A stretch of DNA of 64,000 nucleotides, taken from NCBI GenBank assembly GCA_965242865.1, contig CBDETK010000013.1, positions 4,608,001-4,672,000 of the forward strand. The letters are read 5' to 3'. The first letter of the stretch is position 1, and each line of letters opens with the position of its first letter. Shown one piece after another: positions 55,397 through 62,729 of the stretch. Position numbers and translations under genes: made by a program. Below the pieces are notes generated by a model. That model made no database searches, was not told where the DNA came from, and saw nothing but the letters and a program-made list of their open reading frames with translations. This DNA comes from Candidatus Latescibacterota bacterium (GTDB lineage: Bacteria > Latescibacterota > UBA2968 > UBA8231).

Positions 55397-57383
55397 ACCG
55401 CCAGCCCCGCGGCGAGACTTGGGGCTGGCCGGCGGTGTCTTGCTCCTAGCTTTGGCCGTGCGTCTGGTCTATCTGGCGCACAGCGCGGCCAATCCCTTCT
55501 TCGCGGCCCCGGTTGTGGACGCCCACTCATACATGGCGCAGGCGCGGCAGCTCGCCGAGGGGTCTTGGGTGGGCGACAAGCCCTTTTGGCAGCCGCCTCT
55601 ATACCCTTATTTCCTCGCCTCGATTTACGCGGTTTCCGGCGACTTGTTGTGGACGCCCCGGTGTATCCAGCTTCTCTTGGGAGCGGCCTCAGCTGCCTTG
55701 GTCTTTGCCCTCGGTCGGCAGGTTTTTGGCACCCGAGTCGGTCTCTTGGCTGGGGGCATGGCCTGTCTATACGGCCCCTCCATCTATTTTGAAGGCGAGC
55801 TGCTGCCCACCGCGCTGGCCGTTTTCCTCAATCTCCTGTTGCTCTTTATCCTGCTCCAGCCCGGCCGGGGCTGGGGACAGGCCCTAGCCGCGGGCCTGGT
55901 CCAAGGCTTGGCCATAATCGCCGTGCCCAATGCGGCTGGGTTGGCTTTTTGCGCCGGCCTGTGGTACTGGAAGAGCGCCGAGCGAGCCGTGCGGGGCAAG
56001 CTGGCTTGGTGCCTGCTTTTTGCGGCGGCCGCCAGCGCCGTGGTCGGAGCGGTGACGGCGAGGAATTGGGTGGTCAGCGGCGAGTTCATCCCCTTGTCTT
56101 GGAACGGCGGCGTGAATTTCTACTTGGGCAACCATCCCGAGTACGACCGCTTGGTGGCAATTCGCCCCGGGCCGGCCTGGGAGGCCCTGATGGAGCAGCC
56201 GGTGGCCGCGGGCCATGTGGGGTACGCGGACCGCTCGGCGTACTTCTACCGGCAAGCTGGCGACTGGATCGCCCGTGCGCCGGGGGATTTTGTGCGGTTG
56301 TTGGGATACAAGGCGTTCTTGCTGGTGCGCGGCGAGGAGATCAAACGCAACCAAGACGTGTACTTTGCCCGCACCTATTCTTGGCTGCTCGGCGTCTTGC
56401 TGTGGAAAATCCACCACTTCGCCGTTCCGTTTGGGCTACTGGGGCCTTTGGCCGCTGTGGGCATGGTGCTCGCTTGGCGTCGTCGGCCCCAAGCGGGTTT
56501 GCTGCTGCTTTGCACTGGCGCGTACAGCGCCTCGCTGCTGCTCTTTTTTGTGACTAGCCGCTATCGCTTGCCCTTGGTGCCGCTGCTGTTGCCGTTTGCC
56601 GGGTACGCGCTGGTCTGGCTGGTGCAACAGGGGCGGGCCAGCCAGTGGCGTCTCTTGGGGAGCGGGGTGGTGGTCGTCGTCTTGCTGGCGATGGTATCCA
56701 ACGCTGGCCTGCGGCCGGCCGACCCCTTGGCCGACGCGGAAATACACTTTGAGCTGGGGCGCGTCCAAGCCCAACAAGGGCAGTACGCGGCCGCGGTGCG
56801 CTCCTTTGGAACCGCCGTGCAGCTCGATCCCAATTACCTGCGGGCGCGCCACAATCTAGGCGCGGCGCTGGCCGCGATGCGGCGCTACCGCGAAGCCGAA
56901 GCGGTTTATCAGCGGGCCTTGGCGCAAGCTCCCGACGATCAGGGACTGCATCTCAACTTGGCGGCTCTGTACCGGGCTACGGGACGATACGAGCAAGCGG
57001 TGGAGCACTACCGCCGAGTGCTGGCCACCAAGGCCGACGCCGCGGTTTTTCTCTCGCTGGGACGGGTCTATGAGAGCATGGGGGCAACCGAGCAGGCTCG
57101 GCACGCCTTTGCCGCAGCACTAAGCGACGACGAGGTGCGGGCGCAGGCGGCCAATGCGCTGGGATTGATCGCGGTCCGGCAAGGGTCGTTGGAGCGGGCG
57201 GTTGATTACTTTGCCATGGCGCTAAAGGCCGCGCCCGGCAATCACTTGATCGCCTTCAATTTAGGAGCGGCCTACCGCGACTTGGGCCAATTCGACGAGG
57301 CGGCAACGTTCTACCGCCTGACGCTGCGCTTGGCCCCCGAGTACGCCAAAGCCGAGCGTGCGTTGGCGCGATTGGAGCGGTGA
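55389..57383 (+). CDS. GT-C (ArnT/PMT_2-like) glycosyltransferase with C-terminal TPRs
   Basis: 8-bp overlap with upstream gene; PFFAAPVVDA, WQPPLY, YFEGELL, GVNFYLGN, KRNQDVY, RYRLP; TPR tail. Confidence 0.85.
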   Translation: MNEPPAPRRDLGLAGGVLLLALAVRLVYLAHSAANPFFAAPVVDAHSYMAQARQLAEGSWVGDKPFWQPPLYPYFLASIYAVSGDLLWTPRCIQLLLGAASAALVFALGRQVFGTRVGLLAGGMACLYGPSIYFEGELLPTALAVFLNLLLLFILLQPGRGWGQALAAGLVQGLAIIAVPNAAGLAFCAGLWYWKSAERAVRGKLAWCLLFAAAASAVVGAVTARNWVVSGEFIPLSWNGGVNFYLGNHPEYDRLVAIRPGPAWEALMEQPVAAGHVGYADRSAYFYRQAGDWIARAPGDFVRLLGYKAFLLVRGEEIKRNQDVYFARTYSWLLGVLLWKIHHFAVPFGLLGPLAAVGMVLAWRRRPQAGLLLLCTGAYSASLLLFFVTSRYRLPLVPLLLPFAGYALVWLVQQGRASQWRLLGSGVVVVVLLAMVSNAGLRPADPLADAEIHFELGRVQAQQGQYAAAVRSFGTAVQLDPNYLRARHNLGAALAAMRRYREAEAVYQRALAQAPDDQGLHLNLAALYRATGRYEQAVEHYRRVLATKADAAVFLSLGRVYESMGATEQARHAFAAALSDDEVRAQAANALGLIAVRQGSLERAVDYFAMALKAAPGNHLIAFNLGAAYRDLGQFDEAATFYRLTLRLAPEYAKAERALARLER

Positions 57384-57397
57384 CCGGGACGGAGGGG

Positions 57398-57444
57398 TTG
57401 ACTTTAACCAAAGTGTGTCGTATATATGACACATGACACACTTT
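57398..57444 (+). promoter_or_regulatory. Promoter plus palindromic operator overlapping the XRE start codon
   Basis: TTGACT-N17-TATATA; TGTGTC-GTATATAT-GACACA palindrome (57414-57433); perfect 10-bp IR AAAGTGTGTC-N15-GACACACTTT (57410-57444). Confidence 0.7.
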
Positions 57445-57786
57445 GGAGATGCCGTCAAAGAGGTGCGCGAACGTCTCCGCCGGGAGGATCGGCACTTTTC
57501 GTTGCGCCAAGTGGCGTTGCGGGTCGGGATTGAACCGGCCTATCTGAGCAAGATCGAGCGCGGCCAAGTGCCGCCGCCTTCGGAGGCCACGACGGTCCGA
57601 CTGGCAGCGGAACTGGGCCAAGACCCGGATGTGCTTTTGGCGCTGGCGGGGAAGGTCTCCGGCGATCTACAAGAAATCATCCGCAAGCGGCCCAAGCTGT
57701 TCGCCGAGTTGATCCGGCAGCTGAAAGAGGCCCCGGATCACGCCATCCTACGAGTGGTGCGCGAGGTGCGAGACGGCGACTGGTAA
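57433..57786 (+). CDS. XRE-family helix-turn-helix regulator
   Basis: FGDAVKEVR..SLRQVALRVGIEPAYLSKIERG..PPS. Confidence 0.9.
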   Translation: MTHFGDAVKEVRERLRREDRHFSLRQVALRVGIEPAYLSKIERGQVPPPSEATTVRLAAELGQDPDVLLALAGKVSGDLQEIIRKRPKLFAELIRQLKEAPDHAILRVVREVRDGDW

Positions 57787-57840
57787 GGAGAGGCACCCAA
57801 ACCTTGGATTAACCCCAACCCAACGAGAGGAGACCCCGCT

Positions 57841-58863
57841 GTGATTACCCTTGAAGACGACAGACTGCTTTTCAGCTTTCCCGAAGTACACGACCAAGCG
57901 CGTTGCTCGCTGGGGTTCCAGCGCACCCTGCGAATCCCCGACGACGACCGGGATTACCCTCTGCCGCCGGGCTTAGGCTCCTTCCCGTTGCGGCATATAG
58001 ACGACTACGCGCCCCAGTTGCCCGAGGCATGGTGTCGTCGGGGTGGCGTGGTCGCGCCCATGCACCAAGCCGAGGCATTGTGGATCAACTTTGGGGCGAG
58101 GTCGGATTATCCGTTTGCGGTGAAAGTGGCGACCGGCAAGGTCTGTGCGGTCACGGGTGAGACTTGGGTCAATCACCTGAACAGCGACCCGCAGGACTAT
58201 GTCGTGCTGCCCGAACAGCCATGGCTCGACGGGTACTGCGTCGAAAAGGGCGTGATCCGCCAGTTCGTCGCCATGCCCTTGGGCGAGGGGTACACGGTGG
58301 AGGAGCAGATAACGGGTGCCGCGCAGCACGGCGGGCTGCAGATCGTCGCCTATCCCATGAAGCCGGAACGGTACGAGGAGCTGTGCAAGCGGGGCAAGCG
58401 GTCCCGCAAGCGGAGCAAGCTGTTTCCGTTTGTACTCGGGTGCTTCGTTAAACCTATCGGTATGGGGCTCGCGCCCGGTGGTCGGATGAAGCAGGCTATC
58501 TACGACGATTCGTACGGCCTAGATGCGTGGGATCAGCGGCACGCCAGCCGGTGCTTTGTCTCCATCGTCAATTCCGTCCAATGGATGGCGATCACCCATG
58601 AGCCGCCGCCGACCGAGCCCCCGACGGCGCAGCAATACACGCAAGCGGGCCTCCCTTGGTTCGACTATTACGGCGGCGATGCTGAAGCTATCGCTGGCAG
58701 CGAAAAGCTGAAGGCGGTTGCGAGCGTGGGGCAAATTTCCAAGGAAAAAGGCAATGCGCTGTCAGCAAACGAAACGCTCAATGTGGGCCACGTCATCAGG
58801 CTGCGAAAAGGTCGCTCGCGCCGAGTGCGGGAGTGTCCCGCTGGAGAGGTCGTGGATTTATGA
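57841..58863 (+). CDS. Conserved hypothetical protein (FQRTLRIPDD..YPLPPGLG family)
   Basis: GAGGAG RBS plus GTG; motifs RGGV..PM.Q.EALWINF, QDYVV.P.QPWLDG, RQFVAMPLG.GYTVE.QITG, MGLAPGG. Confidence 0.75.
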   Translation: MITLEDDRLLFSFPEVHDQARCSLGFQRTLRIPDDDRDYPLPPGLGSFPLRHIDDYAPQLPEAWCRRGGVVAPMHQAEALWINFGARSDYPFAVKVATGKVCAVTGETWVNHLNSDPQDYVVLPEQPWLDGYCVEKGVIRQFVAMPLGEGYTVEEQITGAAQHGGLQIVAYPMKPERYEELCKRGKRSRKRSKLFPFVLGCFVKPIGMGLAPGGRMKQAIYDDSYGLDAWDQRHASRCFVSIVNSVQWMAITHEPPPTEPPTAQQYTQAGLPWFDYYGGDAEAIAGSEKLKAVASVGQISKEKGNALSANETLNVGHVIRLRKGRSRRVRECPAGEVVDL

Positions 58864-58889
58864 CAGCCGCGGAGGTGTTTTTGGCCGTT

Positions 58890-59023
58890 TAAGTACACGA
58901 CAGTAGCGGCCAACCTTCCAAGGATCGAGGGCATCTTGCCCTCGTCGAGGGCGGGACGCCCTCGATCCCGGATTCAGCAGGAACCGCAGAAAAGGCGGAC
59001 TTAAAGCAAGTGTCGCGTACTTA
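58890..59023. mobile_element. Putative MITE (134 bp) with internal REP-like doublet
   Basis: Terminal IRs TAAGTACACGACA / TGTCGCGTACTTA (12 of 13 match); inner GGATCGAGGGC...GCCCTCGATCC (58922-58968) made of two CGAGGGC/GCCCTCG hairpins. Confidence 0.6.
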
Positions 59024-59081
59024 GCAGGCCGTTACAAAGGATCGCTTAAACAACTAAACAACGCCGAAAGGAGGCGTAGAA

Positions 59082-59633
59082 ATGCTTCAGACTCAGCAGA
59101 CGTTTCTCGATTATCTCGACGCGGTACAAGCGGAATTGGGCAGGGCCGGCTCTGGGGGTTTGCAAGAAAACATCCAAGCCATAGAGCGGTTGAAGCAAGA
59201 GTTGGCCGAGGCCGAGTTGATCGTGCCGGTGGTGGGGGCTTTCAGCGCGGGCAAGAGCACGTTGATCAACTCCTTTTTAGGCGCAGGGCCTCTATCTGTG
59301 GGGATTACCCCGGAAACCGCGTTGGCGACCGAGTTGCGGCATTCGGCCAGCGAGTATGTCGAGGGGATTAGAGCCGATGGCGAGGTTGACCGTTTTGACA
59401 TCGGGGAGATCGCAGAAGCCAAAGTCAACGCCCAGGACATAGACGGCAACAGGCCACTACACATTGCGGCACAAAAAGACGCTAGTGATGCGGCAAAGGT
59501 ATTGCTCAGTTATGGATCCTATTTCCATACGAAAAACTACATTGGCTTTACACCCCTAGATATTGCGAGGAAACACAATGCTCACAAGACGGTCGCGGTA
59601 TTGGATCGTCGCAACGGGATAACATGGTTTTGA
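59082..59633 (+). pseudogene. Truncated dynamin-family GTPase N-terminus fused to ankyrin repeats
   Basis: GGAGG RBS; PVVGAFSAGKSTLIN (G1), ITPET (G2), no DxPG (G3); then VNAQDIDGNRPLHIAA and GFTPLDIA. Confidence 0.65.
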
Positions 59634-59762
59634 CCGGGTGCTCCTGATCTCCTGCGACCCGATTTCCTCGTTCCGCACTTCCAACCGCTAGCCTTCCTAA
59701 GAAGCTGTCTGAAAACTCCATTTTTCATTCGATCTCTTCCTATCGAGCCAAATCGGAAAACC

Positions 59763-60476
59763 ATGAATCTATTGCGGAAATGCTCCGCTGAATTCATCGG
59801 CGCGTTTGCCATTGTCTTTGCCGGCTGCGGCGCGGTGGCTATCGACCAGATTTCTGGCGGCGCGGTTGGCCATGTCGGCATTGCCGCGGCGTTTGGGCTG
59901 GTCGTCATGGTGATGATCTATGCCACCGGCCACATTTCTGGAGCGCATTTCAACCCGGCGGTGACCCTCGCGTTCGCCCTGACGCGGCATTTTCCCAAAC
60001 GGGAGATCGCGCCCTATATCTCGGCCCAGTGCGCCGGGGCCGTGGCGGCTAGCGGCGTCCACGCGGCGAGTTTGTCGTCGGTGCTGGCCGCGGCGCGCCC
60101 TCAACAGGTGCTGAACTTGGGAGTTACCCGGCCGGTAGATGGACTGTTCGCCACGGCCCTCGTGTGGGAATTCATGCTGACCTTTTTGCTGATGCTGGTC
60201 ATTATGAGCATGGCGACCGATTTTCGCGCCGTGGAGCCGGCGGCTGGATTGGCCATTGGCGGCACGGTGGGGCTAGAAGCCCTGTTCGCCGGGCCGTTGT
60301 GCGGGGCCTCGATGAATCCAGCTCGCAGCTTAGGCCCCGCGCTGGTCGCCGGCGAATGGACGGCTTTTGCGGCCTACGTCGTCGGTCCGGTGCTAGGGGC
60401 GGCGGCCGGTGCGCTGTTCTACGAATTCATTCGCTGCCAAACCCCTTCCGACCGAGAAGTGAAGGGCTGTTGTTAA
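59763..60476 (+). CDS. MIP-family channel (aquaporin/aquaglyceroporin, NIP/AqpS-like)
   Basis: AEFIG, GHISGAHFNPAVT, GASMNPARSLGP, 6 TM; C-terminal GCC. Confidence 0.93.
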   Translation: MNLLRKCSAEFIGAFAIVFAGCGAVAIDQISGGAVGHVGIAAAFGLVVMVMIYATGHISGAHFNPAVTLAFALTRHFPKREIAPYISAQCAGAVAASGVHAASLSSVLAAARPQQVLNLGVTRPVDGLFATALVWEFMLTFLLMLVIMSMATDFRAVEPAAGLAIGGTVGLEALFAGPLCGASMNPARSLGPALVAGEWTAFAAYVVGPVLGAAAGALFYEFIRCQTPSDREVKGCC

Positions 60477-61177
60477 GTGCGCACCGCGTAAAGCCTGTTC
60501 ACCGCCGCTAGGGACACCCGCTTGGAATAGTGATACACCTGCTCGTCGCCCACGCGGGTCGGTGCTTCGAGGACGAAATCGGCAAAGTGCGGGGCGTTAA
60601 AGACCACAAAGGCGAGGGATAGGGCATCGACGTGGCGGGCGCGACGCTGGCTCAGGTCTGGGAAGGCCACCGGGCCGGTGTCCACTTGGTAGAGGTCGTT
60701 GGCGCGATTGGTGTTCATGGTTTTGACCGGGTACTCCATGATCGCCTGCAACCCGGTTTCCTCGTTCCGCACTTGGGTTTGCGCGACGATGGGCACGGCC
60801 GCGTAGGTCGCTTCGCGCACGGCCGCTGCGCTGGTCAGTTCCTCCACCTCGCGCCCGACAATCAGATGGTACTGTTGCCCGTTCCACCACTCCTGTGAGC
60901 GGCGAATTTCTCGATAGCGGTCGCGCAGGTCCGCGTGACGCCGATAGACGACCGACCACTCTGGGCCGAAGACCGGCAGAAAGTCGTAATTGTCCTCGTG
61001 CAGGAGGTTTTCTCGGGCAAAGGTGTGCTCGCTCTTGCACGACCCCACCTGCACGTAATCCTCGCGCTGGCCAGAGGCTTCGTCGATGATGCGCGTCCGC
61101 GACTCGACCCAAAACCGCACCTCGTTTTCCGGGCCGTTGCCGAGTATAAATGAGCGTCCGTAGTCTAGTGGTGTCAC
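60473..61177 (-). CDS. Conserved hypothetical protein
   Basis: AAGGAGG RBS plus GTG; globular composition (DYGRSF, RFWVESR, CKSE.TF, YQVDTGPV); convergent TTAA overlap with the MIP gene. Confidence 0.7.
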   Translation of the reverse strand: MTPLDYGRSFILGNGPENEVRFWVESRTRIIDEASGQREDYVQVGSCKSEHTFARENLLHEDNYDFLPVFGPEWSVVYRRHADLRDRYREIRRSQEWWNGQQYHLIVGREVEELTSAAAVREATYAAVPIVAQTQVRNEETGLQAIMEYPVKTMNTNRANDLYQVDTGPVAFPDLSQRRARHVDALSLAFVVFNAPHFADFVLEAPTRVGDEQVYHYSKRVSLAAVNRLYAVRT

Positions 61178-61214
61178 AACAGCACCTCCTTTGAAGTGGG
61201 CAAAGTGCGAAAAC

Positions 61215-61244
61215 TTGACAATTGTTCAGGGTACGTTATTTAAT
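61215..61244 (+). promoter_or_regulatory. Possible sigma70 promoter of the low-GC islet
   Basis: TTGACA followed by an AT-rich -10 region (TTTAAT at 18-nt spacing). Confidence 0.4.
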
Positions 61245-61301
61245 TATTGTATTGAAGCCCCACGAAATGGGGGTAAGCCTCGCCGAGAAAGGGTCCGAGT
61301 A

Positions 61302-61586
61302 ATGGCGACGTCAACGTTTGTTGTTTTATTAAATGATGCAGCCGCGCCGCGCTTCCGAAATCTAATTGATCAGTGGTATTCAAAACACTATGAATTTTCG
61401 GAGACTATATTCTTTATTCAAGACGACGATATTCCTGAAACCATAGCGAAGAGATTGGGAATTAAGGGAGAGGAATCTATAGCTCCTGGCGTCGTTCTAA
61501 AATTAGAAGGTTCATACGCGGGTTTTACTGCCCGCGCTCTATGGGATTGGTTCAAATGGGTGGAGAAACACGATGAGCACTATTAA
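61302..61586 (+). CDS. Small low-GC hypothetical protein (94 aa)
   Basis: ATG 61302; alpha/beta pattern ending YAGF....LWDW; overlaps the next gene. Confidence 0.6.
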   Translation: MATSTFVVLLNDAAAPRFRNLIDQWYSKHYEFSETIFFIQDDDIPETIAKRLGIKGEESIAPGVVLKLEGSYAGFTARALWDWFKWVEKHDEHY

Positions 61587-61857
61587 ACCTGATTTTCGGC
61601 AAGACCCAAATCAAGAAAACGCTCGGGGTCATAATGGAAATGGAAATCGCCTAAGAGATTACAGGCTAGATACACTAGAAGAGCGAATTTCTAATCTTGA
61701 AACAACAGTAAATGAAATAAAAACGGCTGTAACAGAAATCAAAGCTAGCATGATTACAGCGAAACAACTCCTATATACTGTTATTTCCATCGCTGTAACC
61801 TTAGTTGGCACTATTGTGGTTCATGTAATCATAAGATCGTTCTTTACCAATAGCTAA
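61573..61857 (+). CDS. Small low-GC coiled-coil protein with C-terminal TM (XhlA/holin-like topology)
   Basis: GGAG RBS; RLDTLEERISNLETTVNEIK heptads; LLYTVISIAVTLVGTIVV TM. Confidence 0.7.
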   Translation: MSTIKPDFRQDPNQENARGHNGNGNRLRDYRLDTLEERISNLETTVNEIKTAVTEIKASMITAKQLLYTVISIAVTLVGTIVVHVIIRSFFTNS

Positions 61858-61875
61858 ACCCGCCCACAGGCAACC

Positions 61876-61906
61876 CCCGTGCCAACTTCCCCGGCACGGG
61901 TTTTTT
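61876..61906 (+). terminator. Rho-independent terminator
   Basis: CCCGTGCC-N9-GGCACGGG followed by TTTTTT, 18 nt after the stop. Confidence 0.8.
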
Positions 61907-61930
61907 ATGTTCAAACGCGAGAAACGAATT

Positions 61931-62716
61931 ATGACCTTAAAAATCACCGACGATGTTTTCTTGGATCCGGCGGGACAGCCGCGTCGGATTCGCGGCGTCA
62001 CCGTCAATAGTGCCTCGCCCTTGCTCGTCTCGCTGGCGGCGCAGGTCGGTTTTGAAGCGGTGTGGATCGAAAGCGAACACGGCCCGGTCGGCTTTGAGCG
62101 CGCCGAGACCTTGTGCTTGGCCGCAGAGGCCGGCGGCATTTTCCCGCTCATCCGCCTGCCCGATGGCGAGCGCCACCACGTGTTGCGCGCCCTCGAAATC
62201 GGAGCGCGGATCATTCTCGTCCCCATGGTGGACGATGCGGAGTACGCGCGCCGCATCGTCGAGGCCGGCAAGTACCCGCCGTTGGGGCGGCGCGGCTTCA
62301 ACGTGCGGACGCGCGGCATGGGCTTTGGCATGGAAAACCTGCCAGACGCCCTAGCCCGCGCCAATGCGCGCACCCATCTCTTTGTCCAGATCGAGACCGT
62401 GCAGGCCGTGGCGAATGTCGAGGCGATACTGGCGGTGGAAGGGCTCGCTGGAATCTTCATGGGGCCGAGCGATTTGGCCGTCAGCATGGGCTGCACCGGC
62501 CAGATGGGCGATCCCAAGCTGCGTGCGGCCGTGCTCTCGTGCTTGGCCAAGGCGCGGGCCGCCGGCAAGCTGAGCGGCATTTTCACCTTGCCGGGGCCGC
62601 TGCTGACGGCCGCCATGGACGCGGGCTGCGACTTGGTAATCTGCGGCGGCGACGTGATGGACTTGGGCGCGGCTTGGAGCGCGTTGCTGCGCCAGATTCC
62701 GGCCGAGCGCGGGTGA
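61931..62716 (+). CDS. HpcH/HpaI aldolase-family protein
   Basis: GFEAVWIESEHG, LIRLP, ILVPMV, YPPLGRRG, VQIET..AVANVEAI, IFMGPSDL. Confidence 0.9.
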   Translation: MTLKITDDVFLDPAGQPRRIRGVTVNSASPLLVSLAAQVGFEAVWIESEHGPVGFERAETLCLAAEAGGIFPLIRLPDGERHHVLRALEIGARIILVPMVDDAEYARRIVEAGKYPPLGRRGFNVRTRGMGFGMENLPDALARANARTHLFVQIETVQAVANVEAILAVEGLAGIFMGPSDLAVSMGCTGQMGDPKLRAAVLSCLAKARAAGKLSGIFTLPGPLLTAAMDAGCDLVICGGDVMDLGAAWSALLRQIPAERG

Positions 62717-62729
62717 GGGTAGCAGACGC

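Noticed and set aside
59697-59717. CTAAGAAGCTGTCTGAAAACT resembles an IS terminal repeat
   Set aside because: No partner inverted repeat or transposase found in the window
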